DNA of 64,000 nucleotides from an uncultured bacterium (lineage in GTDB: Bacteria; Verrucomicrobiota; Verrucomicrobiia; Limisphaerales; UBA8199), in the NCBI GenBank assembly GCA_963749495.1, contig CAVVMW010000022.1:288001-352000 (forward strand), read 5' to 3'. The position numbers were made by a program, and so were the translations under genes. Positions 29,699-38,960 of the stretch are shown one piece after another (the first letter of the stretch is position 1; the number at the start of each line of letters is the position of its first letter). Under the pieces are notes generated by a model, which was given only the letters and a program-made list of their open reading frames with translations, was not told where the DNA came from and ran no database searches.

Positions 29699-30454
29699 AT
29701 GAAGAAAACACGCCTTGGCATTCTCATCGCTTTGACCGCACTCACCGCGTTTTGGGCCTCCGGGGCCGGCCCGGCCCAGGGCGCGCCGGAAAAGCTCCGC
29801 GTGCTTGTCGTCACCGGCGGGCACGACTTCGAGCAGGCACCCTTCTTCCAGGTCTTCAAAGACAATCCCGACATCACCTACCAGGCAGTGGAACATCCCA
29901 ATGCCCACGCCCTGCTCAAGGCGGAGGCCGCCAAACAATACGACGTGCTCGTCCTTTACGATATGCACCAGGAGATCACCGACGAGGCCAAGGCCGATTT
30001 CCTGGCGCGGCTCAAGGAGGGCAAGGGGTTGGTGGTGCTGCACCACGCGATTGCCTCCTACCAGAAGTGGCCGGAGTACCTGAAGATCATCGGCGCCCGC
30101 TATTACCTGGAGCCCACCATGGTCGATGGCGTCCAAAAGGCCCGTTCCGCCTACCAGCATGGGGTCAACATTCCGATCCACGTCGCCGACCCACGCCACC
30201 CGATCACTCGCGGCATCAACGACTATGTAATCCATGACGAGACCTACAAACTCTTCGATGTGGCCGCCCAGTGCCACCCGCTCCTGACCACCGACGAACC
30301 CCTCAGCAACAAGGTCATCGGCTGGTGCAAGACCTACCAGGCCGCCCGCGTCGTCTATCTGCAGTCCGGCCACGACCATTTTGCCTACGAAAACCCCAAC
30401 TACCGCCAGATCCTCCGCCAGGCCATCCGGTGGGTGGCCAAAAAAGAAGGCTAA
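29699..30454 (+). CDS. Secreted ThuA-like (class I glutamine amidotransferase-like) protein
   Basis: Signal peptide, VLVVTGGHDF, GKGLVVLHHA, HPIT...DETY, RVVYLQSGHD. Confidence 0.88.
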   Translation: MKKTRLGILIALTALTAFWASGAGPAQGAPEKLRVLVVTGGHDFEQAPFFQVFKDNPDITYQAVEHPNAHALLKAEAAKQYDVLVLYDMHQEITDEAKADFLARLKEGKGLVVLHHAIASYQKWPEYLKIIGARYYLEPTMVDGVQKARSAYQHGVNIPIHVADPRHPITRGINDYVIHDETYKLFDVAAQCHPLLTTDEPLSNKVIGWCKTYQAARVVYLQSGHDHFAYENPNYRQILRQAIRWVAKKEG

Positions 30455-30573
30455 AGGCTGAAGGCTAAAGGCTAAAGTGCAGAGACCAAAGGTGCATAAC
30501 TCGGCCCCACAGGTCTTCACGATCCAGAGAACCCCGTTCCGGGACTTCAGCCTTTAGCCTTTAGCCTTTAGCA
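30447..30573. repeat. Inverted heptamer arrays (GGCTAAA)n ... (TTTAGCC)n
   Basis: First array supplies the ThuA stop; second precedes the DUF1638 ATG. Confidence 0.9.
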
Positions 30574-30583
30574 TTTTTCCCGC

Positions 30584-31357
30584 ATGTTCTTGAAAATCAT
30601 TGCGTGCGAGATTGCGGCGCGGGAGCTGTATCACCTGACCGCGCAGTCGCGCAACCTCATCGATATCGAACTGCTCACTCAAGGCTACCACGACACGCCC
30701 GGCGCGGGCCGTGAGGAAATTCAGAGGCGCATCGCGGCGGTGCCTGCGGGCAAGTACGACGCCATCCTCCTGGGCTACGGCCTCTGCAGCAATATCCTGG
30801 ACGGCTTGAGCGCCTCCCATACACCGCTGGTCATCCCGCGCGCCCACGATTGCATCACCTTCTTCCTCGGCTCCAAGGAACGCTACCAGCAGTGCTTTGC
30901 CGAACGTCCGGGCACTTATTACTATACCTCGGGCTGGCTGGAATTCGCCAGGAGACGCGGCGATAAAGGGCCGGTCTGGGGCGGGATGTCGTTGCCGGCC
31001 GGTGCCAACCAGGGCCTGACCAATGCCTACGAGCAGTGGGTGCGCAAATACGGCGAGGACCAGGCAAAATACCTGGTCCAGGAGATGAGCCGCTGGACCC
31101 AGTCCTACTCCCACGGGACCCTCATCGAGTTCGACTTCACCAAGCCGCTCAGGCTCTGCGAGCAGGTCCGGCAAATCTGCGCCGAAAAGGGCTGGCAGTA
31201 TGATGAGATACCCGGCGACCTGGCGCTCCTGCGGACTCTGCTCGAAGGCGAGTGGCCCGAATCGGCGTTCCTGGTTGTTCAGCCGGGGCAAACGGTGGCG
31301 GCCACGTTCGATGAGACGGTGATCGGGGTCAGAAGCTCAGGAGTAGTTGCCAGATGA
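30584..31357 (+). CDS. DUF1638 domain protein
   Basis: KIIACEI, GYHDTP, LLGYGLCSN, PRAHDCITFFLGS, GTYYYTSGW. Confidence 0.85.
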   Translation: MFLKIIACEIAARELYHLTAQSRNLIDIELLTQGYHDTPGAGREEIQRRIAAVPAGKYDAILLGYGLCSNILDGLSASHTPLVIPRAHDCITFFLGSKERYQQCFAERPGTYYYTSGWLEFARRRGDKGPVWGGMSLPAGANQGLTNAYEQWVRKYGEDQAKYLVQEMSRWTQSYSHGTLIEFDFTKPLRLCEQVRQICAEKGWQYDEIPGDLALLRTLLEGEWPESAFLVVQPGQTVAATFDETVIGVRSSGVVAR

Positions 31358-32771
31358 AAACTGTCCCGAAGGCATCGATGTCTTCCCAGATCTTGCGGAC
31401 CAGGTCCGGGCTGCCGGTGATTTCGGGCAGGGCCTTGACGCGCTCTTCCCAGGGGAAGCAGACGCCGGGCTGGATGCGCGGCGCAGGCCGGCCCGCCATG
31501 CCGGTCAGTCTTTGGCGCTCGGCCACGGAGGCGGGCACCTGGCTGGGCGCGGTGGCGGTCGGGGTCTTGTAGGTGCCGGCGGCATAGACGCCGTGTTGGC
31601 GGGCGGTCTGGGTCATGACGCGCAGGTTTTCGATGCTGGTGTCGTCCTGCATGATGGCGCCGGCGTCCAGGATATAACCGCCGTCGCGGGCGACCTCGTC
31701 CAGGACGCGGCGGCAAAAGGCGCGGACCTCCTCGGGCGTGCCGAAGCTGAGCAGGACATTGGGGATGCCGCCGCTGATGGCGAATTTGTCGTGGAGCTGC
31801 TGATGGACTTTGAAGATGTCGTCCTGGTCGCAATGAAAGACGATGCTGCGGTCGGGCAGCTCGCGGAAGGCCTCGAAATGGTAGTGCCACTTGCCCTCGG
31901 CATAGAACATGGTCTGGTGACCCTGTTTCCAGAATTCCTCGATGATGGGCTTGAGCGTGGGCCAGTAGTGTGAGTCGAATTGGCGCGGGTTGATGAAGGG
32001 GACGCACCCGCGGTGCATCCAAAAGCCGATGGGGACCTGGCAGGCCGGGTCGGCGGTGGTCAGTCCCACGTGGCAGAGGTGCGGCATGAGCGCCTCGCAC
32101 GCGGCCAGGACCTTGTCCGGCTGCGTGTGCATGTCCATGGTCAGGCCCACGTAGCCGCGCAATTTGTCGGCCAGGATATTGAACGGGGCCTTGAAGATGC
32201 CGGCGATGGCCGAGGCGGTCCCGCACTCGGAACGCAGGCGGGCGATTTGCGGGCCGAAGGCATAGAAGTAGGAGAGCATCGCCATGGCGCCTTTGACCAG
32301 GGCCAGGTTGTTCCGGTAAGTGGCGGGCTGGCCGATGCGGCTCACCTCGGTCGAGACGCGCGGCAGCCAGACATTGTAAAGAAAGGCCGTCGGGTCGGCA
32401 ATGAGGGCGTCGTACTCGTCGGCGCGCATGAAGGCGGCGTCCTCGGGCGGCTCGATGTAGTTGAACCCGGTGGTGTGAGGGATGCCGATGCCCGGAATGC
32501 CGTAATACCGCAGGCCCAAGGCCTGGGCCAGGCCGGTCCAAACATAGACCATGTTCGGCACCACGGCTTCCCAGCCAAAATCCTTGGCGGTCTTGACCGC
32601 GGCCTCGAAGGCCTTGAAGTAATCATGGGCAACCTCCTGGCAGGTGTAGCCGGCGTACTTGGCCGTGAACTCCGCTACGAAGGGGCGGATGGGGACCATG
32701 TCCGGCTTTTCGTTGCGCAACGCGGTGACGTAACGGCTCAGACGCTCCTGGTAAAGTTGCTCCGTATTCAT
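31329..32771 (-). CDS. Uroporphyrinogen decarboxylase-family (MtaA/CmuA-like) protein
   Basis: EKPDMVPI, LRGYVGLTMDM, MHRGCVPFINPRQFDSHYWPTLK, ISGGIP, GTPEEV, DGGYILD. Confidence 0.85.
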   Translation of the reverse strand: MNTEQLYQERLSRYVTALRNEKPDMVPIRPFVAEFTAKYAGYTCQEVAHDYFKAFEAAVKTAKDFGWEAVVPNMVYVWTGLAQALGLRYYGIPGIGIPHTTGFNYIEPPEDAAFMRADEYDALIADPTAFLYNVWLPRVSTEVSRIGQPATYRNNLALVKGAMAMLSYFYAFGPQIARLRSECGTASAIAGIFKAPFNILADKLRGYVGLTMDMHTQPDKVLAACEALMPHLCHVGLTTADPACQVPIGFWMHRGCVPFINPRQFDSHYWPTLKPIIEEFWKQGHQTMFYAEGKWHYHFEAFRELPDRSIVFHCDQDDIFKVHQQLHDKFAISGGIPNVLLSFGTPEEVRAFCRRVLDEVARDGGYILDAGAIMQDDTSIENLRVMTQTARQHGVYAAGTYKTPTATAPSQVPASVAERQRLTGMAGRPAPRIQPGVCFPWEERVKALPEITGSPDLVRKIWEDIDAFGTVFIWQLLLSF

Positions 32772-32885
32772 AGCCTGCGGAGCAGGTTAGCGGCGGCAAG
32801 TGGATTGGCCAGAAAAAAAGCAGAGGCAGGTCAGTGAAGGCGGAGAAGGAGTGCCGGGCCGAACCCTCACCCCGGCCTGCTCGAT

Positions 32886-33105
32886 GCACGGTTCAGGGCG
32901 TGGGAATCATCGCGCGTCGCGTAGCGACGCAGTGACGGTAGCCGTGGACGTTGGTCCACGGTTCAGGGCGTGGGAATGGTCACGCGTCGCGTAGCGACGC
33001 CTGACAGCCGCGGTTTTCAGGCGTCGCGACGCGACGCGGTTGGGCTTGGGCCATGGGTCCGTGGACTGGAAGTCCACGGCTACCATCGGGCACCGCTACG
33101 CGGTG
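32886..33105. repeat. REP-doublet-like element (CGCGTCGCGTAGCGACGC and GCCGTGGAC...GTCCACGG hairpins) with internal duplication
   Basis: Repeated hairpins; CACGGTTCAGGGCGTGGGAAT occurs twice. Confidence 0.8.
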
Positions 33106-33137
33106 AGCTGGGAACAGTGACGCTCCCACCTTCACTG

Positions 33138-33256
33138 AGAAGGTGTGGAAAAATGCCAAAATGGGCATCATCCCCGAAAACACCCCTCTGTTTTCCTTGG
33201 GATTTTGAAGATTTCTTTGCTGCCTGGCGCCACGAATCGATTTTTTCACACCTTCT
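33138..33256. mobile_element. Small AT-rich MITE-like element
   Basis: Terminal inverted repeats AGAAGGTGTGGAAAA and TTTTTCACACCTTCT. Confidence 0.6.
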
Positions 33257-33442
33257 GAGGCCTTACGGAAAAAAAGCAGAGGCAGTTGGTTTTGGGGAAT
33301 CCCCATAGGCGCCCGGCTGCAGCGCGCAAGCGCCAGTTGCATCGCGGCCAGTTGCTGCGATAGTAGTGCTGTTGCGGTGGCTGCGGCGGAGGGTTCGCCG
33401 CGAACGAACACCGCACATCAACACCAAATCCAAACTCAAACG

Positions 33443-33529
33443 ATGAGCGAAGCAGACCAATCCATGTGCGCCAAGCCGGGTCATGTCAGTTGGAATGAAC
33501 TGATCGGCCTGCACGAACCGCCCAAGTGA
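33443..33529 (+). pseudogene. 28-codon remnant of a VOC (glyoxalase/bleomycin-resistance) family gene with internal deletion
   Basis: MSEADQSMCAKPGHVSWNELI joined directly to GLHEPPK*; stop overlaps the SDR start (GTGA). Confidence 0.6.
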
Positions 33530-34311
33530 GCATTGAGACGGTTCTTGTGACCGGGGCTTCGTCCGGCATCGGGCGGGAGTTGGCCAGGTGTTTTGCGGCC
33601 GATGGCTGCCGGATGATCCTGCTGGCCCGCAAGCGCCAGGCGCTGGAGTCGCTGGCGGAGGAGCTGAGGCGGGCCTACAAGACACACTCGGACGTGTTGC
33701 CGGCGGACCTTGTTGAACCGGCGGCGCCGGCCCGCATCTTCGCCCATCTGGAGAGCCAGGGCACGCGGGTGGACGTGCTGGTCAACAATGCCGGGTTCGG
33801 CGCCCGCGGCAAATTCGCCGAGCTGCCCCTCGAGCGCCAACTCCAGATGGTGCAGGTCAACCTAACCGCCCTGACGCACCTGGCCGGGCTGTTTCTGCCC
33901 GGCATGCTCGCCCGCCGCCGCGGCGGCATCCTCAACGTCGCCTCGACCGCCGCCTTTCAGCCCGGCCCCGGCATGGCCATCTATTACGCCACCAAGGCCT
34001 ACGTGCTCTCGTTCAGCGAGGCGCTGGGTGAGGAACTCCTGGGCACGGGCCTCACGGTGAGCACGCTCTGCCCAGGTCCGACGGAGACCAACTTCACCGC
34101 CGTCGCCGGGGGGCGCAGCTCGAAGTTCTTCCTGCGGGCGGCCATGTCGGCCCAGGAGGTCGCCCGGATTGGGCACCAGGGATTCCGGCAAGGCCGGTTC
34201 GTGGTGGTGCCCGGCTTCCGCAACCGGCTCCTGGCCTTTGGAACGCGCCTGGGGCCCCGTAACATGGTGCGGAAGATCGCCAAGCGCTTCAACGCGGCCA
34301 GCTATGAGTGA
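33526..34311 (+). CDS. SDR-family oxidoreductase
   Basis: TGASSGIG, LVNNAG, NVASTA, YYATK, LCPGPT. Confidence 0.95.
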   Translation: MSIETVLVTGASSGIGRELARCFAADGCRMILLARKRQALESLAEELRRAYKTHSDVLPADLVEPAAPARIFAHLESQGTRVDVLVNNAGFGARGKFAELPLERQLQMVQVNLTALTHLAGLFLPGMLARRRGGILNVASTAAFQPGPGMAIYYATKAYVLSFSEALGEELLGTGLTVSTLCPGPTETNFTAVAGGRSSKFFLRAAMSAQEVARIGHQGFRQGRFVVVPGFRNRLLAFGTRLGPRNMVRKIAKRFNAASYE

Positions 34312-34378
34312 AACACATGGGTGGGCGCCCAGTGCGTTATTCTTGCGTTCTTGGGCGGCCTCGGGCTGAATGGCGGGC

Positions 34379-35701
34379 ATGAGATTCTCGGACATACGGA
34401 GCATGACAGGACCCGGGCTGATCGTCCTCTTGTCGGGCCTGACACTCCTGGGGCCGGCCAATCCCCGGGCCGCCGGCCAGGGGCAGGCCAATTGGCCCCA
34501 TTGGCGCGGCCCGTGCGATAATGGCAGCACGGCCCAAGGCGCCTATCCTGTGAAATGGGACGTGACCAACGTCCTCTGGAAGGTCGCCCTGCCGGGCAGG
34601 GGTTGCTCGACGCCGATTGTCTGGGACCAGCGCATCTTCCTCACCGCTCCGGTCAATGGCCTGGATGCCGCGTTGGCATTTGACTGGGCCGACAAACCGC
34701 TCTGGCAGATGGCCTTTGGCCACGAACAGGCCGGCAAACGCGCCAACAGCTCCGGTAGCAATCCCTCGCCCGTCACCGATGGGCGGGGCCTCTTCGTCCA
34801 TTTCAAGAGCGGCTCGTTGGCCGCGCTGGATCTGGACGGCCATGTGCGATGGCAGACCAACCTGGTCGCCGGCTTCGGCCCGGTTGAGATCTTCTGGGAC
34901 CAGGGCACCTCCCCGGTATTGACCGAAAACGCCGTGGTGATGGCCCGACTGCACCATGGCCAGTCGTGGCTGGCCGCGTTCGACAAGGCCACGGGCAAGC
35001 TGCTCTGGAAGGTCGCCCGCGATTACCAGACCGCCGTCGAGGGCGACAACGCCTATACGACTCCCATCCTCATCCGGCACCAGGACAAGGAAGCCCTCCT
35101 GACCTGGGGCGGAGAGCACCTGACCGCCCACGCCGCCGACGATGGCCGGCTCCTGTGGGCCTGCGGCGATTTCAACCCCAAAGCCATGGGCTATTGGCCA
35201 TCCGTGGCCTCGCCGGTCGTGGCCGGCGACATTGCCGTGGTGGCGACTGGCCGCGCCGACCGGGGCCAACCCCGCCTCCACGGCATCCGGTTGGGCGGCA
35301 GCGGCAACGTGACCGCTACGCACAGACTCTGGAAACGCGAGGATATCGGCACGTTTGTCCCCACACCCGCCGAATACCAGGGGCGGGTCTATCTGTTGGG
35401 CGACCGCGGCAGCGTTGAGTGCCTCGACCCCGCCACAGGCGCGACGCTCTGGCACGGCGCGCTGCCCAAGGGCAATTCCAGCTTCTATGCCTCGCCCACC
35501 ATCACCGCCGGCAGGCTCTACGCCGCCCGCGAGGACGGCGTCGTTTTTGTTGCGCGAATCAACAGCACATTCGAGGTGCTGGCGGAAAACAAGCTCAAGG
35601 AGCGCCTCATCGCCTCGCCCGTCCCGGTCTCCAACCGCCTCCTCCTCCGCGGCGAGCGCCACCTGTTCTGCGTCGCCGTAAAAGAAAAGGCTAAAGGCTG
35701 A
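34379..35701 (+). CDS. Secreted PQQ-binding-like beta-propeller repeat protein
   Basis: NWPHWRGP, WKVALPGRGCSTPIV, repeated AxDxxTGxxxW units, ASPVPVSNRLLLRG. Confidence 0.9.
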   Translation: MRFSDIRSMTGPGLIVLLSGLTLLGPANPRAAGQGQANWPHWRGPCDNGSTAQGAYPVKWDVTNVLWKVALPGRGCSTPIVWDQRIFLTAPVNGLDAALAFDWADKPLWQMAFGHEQAGKRANSSGSNPSPVTDGRGLFVHFKSGSLAALDLDGHVRWQTNLVAGFGPVEIFWDQGTSPVLTENAVVMARLHHGQSWLAAFDKATGKLLWKVARDYQTAVEGDNAYTTPILIRHQDKEALLTWGGEHLTAHAADDGRLLWACGDFNPKAMGYWPSVASPVVAGDIAVVATGRADRGQPRLHGIRLGGSGNVTATHRLWKREDIGTFVPTPAEYQGRVYLLGDRGSVECLDPATGATLWHGALPKGNSSFYASPTITAGRLYAAREDGVVFVARINSTFEVLAENKLKERLIASPVPVSNRLLLRGERHLFCVAVKEKAKG

Positions 35702-35781
35702 AGGCTAAAGGCTAAAGTGCAGAACAGCCCGGGGCTCTCCCGGAGTAGGCTTTAGCCTTTAACCTTCAGCCTTTAGCCTTT
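35687..35781. repeat. Inverted (GGCTAAA)n/(TTTAGCC)n arrays between convergent genes
   Basis: Directly visible; the PQQ gene stop TGA lies inside the array. Confidence 0.9.
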
Positions 35782-36800
35782 CACCCAATATACTCCCTCA
35801 TCAACTGCAAATACCGCCGGCAGGTTTCCTTCATATCACCGGGGTGCTTGTCCTCCTCGAGGGAGATATAGCGGCTGAAGCCGACGGCCTTGAGGGCATC
35901 GACGATGGCTTTGAAATCCATCACGCCCTGGCCGACATGGGGGAACTGGCGCATCAGGCCATCAATGTCTCGCGCGTGCAGGTTCATCAATTGCCTGCGG
36001 ACCTTGTGGATGGCCAGGGGCGGGTACTCGCGCTGCAGGAGCGTCCAGCCGGCATCCAGGTTGTAGCCCAGGTCCGGGTCGCGGATGGCATCCCACAGGC
36101 GCAGGAACGACGAGGCATCGGGCACCAGGGTATGGGTGTGCTGCTCGATCGAGAACTTGAGGCCCTGCGCTTTGGCCCGCTCCAGGCACGCCCGCGTTGT
36201 CTTCACGTATCCGTCCCAAACGCGGTCCCAGTCGAAGCCCTCGGCAATATCGATGTGGAATTTCTCCCCCGGTTTCGCATCGGGCAGCTCATAGTAACGG
36301 GGCAGATAATCGCTTGGGCCCTTCAACTCGCGCGCCCAGGGCGCAACGATGTTGATGATCGGCGCGCCCAGCCGTTTGCCGATCCGGCAGCCGGCCTCGA
36401 ACAGGTCCAGCGCCTGCTGGCACTCGTCCGGCTTCGTGCTGGAGAGCCCCTCGACCACAGGCTGAAAGAGAACGAACTGCGACACGCCCAGTCGCCTCTC
36501 CTCCAGCTTGAGCCGATACCGATCCACGCGGGCATCGGTCCAGAAATCCTTGAGATCCCTCCTGGCCGTTGCGATCAATTCGATGCCGTCGAAGCCCAGC
36601 TCGCCGATGATGTCTATGGCCGGCTCCGGATCGACCCCGGGCGAGAAATCATGGAAACACCAGCTCAGGCAGCCGACCTTGGGCTTGCCTTGCGGGCTTG
36701 CCGCGGCCTGGGCGGCCGCGGCCACACAAGGCATGGCCGCAACGGCCAGCGCGGTAGTCTGCAGGAATTGACGACGGTTCATAGCGGGATGCGGGTTCAT
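35781..36800 (-). CDS. Tat-exported sugar phosphate isomerase/epimerase
   Basis: MNRRQFL, LGFDGIEL, FSIEQH, YNLDAG, HARD, GQGVMDF, ISLEED. Confidence 0.9.
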   Translation of the reverse strand: MNPHPAMNRRQFLQTTALAVAAMPCVAAAAQAAASPQGKPKVGCLSWCFHDFSPGVDPEPAIDIIGELGFDGIELIATARRDLKDFWTDARVDRYRLKLEERRLGVSQFVLFQPVVEGLSSTKPDECQQALDLFEAGCRIGKRLGAPIINIVAPWARELKGPSDYLPRYYELPDAKPGEKFHIDIAEGFDWDRVWDGYVKTTRACLERAKAQGLKFSIEQHTHTLVPDASSFLRLWDAIRDPDLGYNLDAGWTLLQREYPPLAIHKVRRQLMNLHARDIDGLMRQFPHVGQGVMDFKAIVDALKAVGFSRYISLEEDKHPGDMKETCRRYLQLMREYIG

Positions 36801-36834
36801 GGTCTGGTCACACAACGGGCCAAGCATGCCCCTG

Positions 36835-38241
36835 TCACCCAGGCCAGTCAATCGCGCATTCGGAGCGCGGACATTTCGTCTGAGGGCCGTTGACAAAGTC
36901 GTAGCGCAGGTTTCCAAACCTGCTGTATCGCCGACTTCCAGTCGGCAGGGCGTCGGCATGTCGAGCGCCCCCGGTTCGCGGACGGCCTGCGGGTTGGAAA
37001 CCCGCGATACAGCAGGTTTGGAAACCTGCGCTACGTTGGCGCCCCGGGCCTCGCACCTCCGCCCCGAAGCGTTCCCAGACGGAAAAATCCGCCTCGCAGC
37101 CGACGGCCTCCAGGGCGGCGCCATCCCAATCGGGGATGGCGAAGGCATCTGGCGGAGACTTGCGGGTGGCCACCTGGTCGGCGATGTAGAGCGCCGTGGT
37201 GAGCGAGAACTGGCGGGGGCCGCCGTCGTTTTCGGGCCGCTCCTGGCAGGCGACGGCGCGGATGACGCTCGGGGGCAGGCCCCACAATTCGAGCAAATAG
37301 GCGGCCAGTTGGGCGGGGCTGGCCCGGAAGGTGCGCAGCAGGACCGGGTTCAGGGGCGAGCGCGCCTGCCGCGCGGCCTTGCACGCAGCCTGGAATTGCT
37401 GCGGAAAATTGTCCAGGAGGATGAGTTTGCCGCTCTCGTGCAGGATGCCCGCCAGAAAGGCCTCCTCGGCCTGGGCCTGGGGCAGTTCTTGTTTCAGGCA
37501 GATGCGCTGGACCAAATGGGCCACCTGCCAACAGTGGTTCCAGAGACGCGGGACCTCGATTTCCAGGCTGCGGACTTCGCTGTAGTGCTTGAAGAGTTCC
37601 TGCGACAACACGACGGCCTTGATCATCCCCGTGCCCAGGCACAGGACAGCCTCGTCCGGGCTGCTGACCAGCGAGCCGCGGCCGAAGAGCGGCGAGTTGG
37701 CCAGTTGGAGGAGCTTGCTCGACAGGCCGGCATCTTTGGCTACGAGCTGCGCGATGTCGTCAACTGAGGAGTGTTCGTTGCCCAGTGCTTTGACCAGGGA
37801 ATAATAGACGCGGGGCAGCGAGGGCAGAGAAGGCAATGAGGCGACGATCTCCCTGAGTCCCTCGTGCTCCATCCGCGCCTGCGCTGTCAAGGCGCGGCCA
37901 ATCAACTCCTTGACCTCGAGCGCGTTGAAGGGCTTGGCGATATATTGGTGCGCCGAGATGACCGTGCTCAACGCCGGGAGATCCACGTAGCCAGACATGA
38001 TGATGCGCACGGCCTTGGGAGCGGCAATCCGCACCTCTTCCAGGAGTTTGCTCCCCGCCAGCCCCGGCATGTGATGGTCGGAAAAGACCATGTCCGGCCC
38101 CTGGGCCCTCACTGCAGCCAGGGCCTCCAGCGGGCTGGTAAAACCGACCACGCGCCATTCCGGATCCAGGCCCTCGATCAACAGCACGACCGACTCCAGG
38201 ACCGCAGGCTGGTCGTCCACGATATAGACCAGTTTCCTCAT
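36835..38241 (-). CDS. Receiver-HDOD domain signalling protein; C-terminus runs through a palindromic repeat
   Basis: YIVDD, FSDHHMP, IAKP receiver motifs; LPSLP...DAGLSSKLLQLANSPLFG...FLAGILHESGKL HDOD motifs. Confidence 0.92.
   Translation of the reverse strand: MRKLVYIVDDQPAVLESVVLLIEGLDPEWRVVGFTSPLEALAAVRAQGPDMVFSDHHMPGLAGSKLLEEVRIAAPKAVRIIMSGYVDLPALSTVISAHQYIAKPFNALEVKELIGRALTAQARMEHEGLREIVASLPSLPSLPRVYYSLVKALGNEHSSVDDIAQLVAKDAGLSSKLLQLANSPLFGRGSLVSSPDEAVLCLGTGMIKAVVLSQELFKHYSEVRSLEIEVPRLWNHCWQVAHLVQRICLKQELPQAQAEEAFLAGILHESGKLILLDNFPQQFQAACKAARQARSPLNPVLLRTFRASPAQLAAYLLELWGLPPSVIRAVACQERPENDGGPRQFSLTTALYIADQVATRKSPPDAFAIPDWDGAALEAVGCEADFSVWERFGAEVRGPGRQRSAGFQTCCIAGFQPAGRPRTGGARHADALPTGSRRYSRFGNLRYDFVNGPQTKCPRSECAIDWPG
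36900..37035. repeat. Long palindromic REP-like element
   Basis: CGTAGCGCAGGTTTCCAAACCTGCTGTATCG ... CGATACAGCAGGTTTGGAAACCTGCGCTACG, a perfect ~31-bp inverted repeat. Confidence 0.9.
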
Positions 38242-38347
38242 GCCAGACGGCAAGATCCTTCACGCAGTTTCATGCGTCCCAATCATACCCATCGCCTTGC
38301 CTGCGGCCAGAAGAAAATCGCGAAGCCGCGCAGGCGGGTCTTCCCTG

Positions 38348-38950
38348 TCACGGGATGGCCTTGAGTTGCTCGGCAGTCCACGGTTGCGAGCGGTTGCCGA
38401 CCTCGGCGCGGACCGCCTTGACCTGCTCGGGCGTGATGGCCGTGGCCTTGTTGCCCCAGCTCTGGCGAATGAAGGTCAGGACGGCAGCCAGGTCATCCTC
38501 GGACAAGGCGGCGCCCATGTTTGGCATCGAGAGGTTCCAGTCCGTGCCGTTGACCTGGACCGGCCCGCTCAGCCCGGAAAGCGGGATGCGGATCACGCGG
38601 CTGGGACTGCCCAGGACCCACTCCGACCCGGCGAACGGCGGGGCCGTGCCCGGTTTGCCCTTGCCGTCGGAGTTATGGCACAAGGCACAAATCTGCTCAT
38701 AAACGGCCCGGCCCCGGTCCAGGGGCGAGCCGCTACCGCGCGGCTGGTAGGCTTGAAGATCGGCCAGCGAGGCATAAGGACTGTACACCTCGGCGGAGAA
38801 CCAACCGCTGTGATGGTCGAAATAGACCATCCCGAGGTAGAGCAGCAGGAACAGCAGGACCAGCAGGGCCACCGGGACCGGTGAGTCCCCGGCGCGGGGC
38901 TCGGCGGCCTCAGAGGGCACTGGCGGGGATTGGGCGGGTGGAGAGGTCAT
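38348..38950 (-). CDS. Membrane-anchored monohaem cytochrome c
   Basis: TM helix, CALCH, PPFAGSEWV, MPNM, LTFIRQSWGN. Confidence 0.92.
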   Translation of the reverse strand: MTSPPAQSPPVPSEAAEPRAGDSPVPVALLVLLFLLLYLGMVYFDHHSGWFSAEVYSPYASLADLQAYQPRGSGSPLDRGRAVYEQICALCHNSDGKGKPGTAPPFAGSEWVLGSPSRVIRIPLSGLSGPVQVNGTDWNLSMPNMGAALSEDDLAAVLTFIRQSWGNKATAITPEQVKAVRAEVGNRSQPWTAEQLKAIP

Positions 38951-38960
38951 GCGCGCCAGA

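Noticed and set aside
32772..32900. Cobalamin riboswitch upstream of the UroD-like gene (GACCTGCC followed by a T run on the minus strand)
   Set aside because: Only the terminal octamer matches; the GGGAA, GCCACTG and other core elements were not found.
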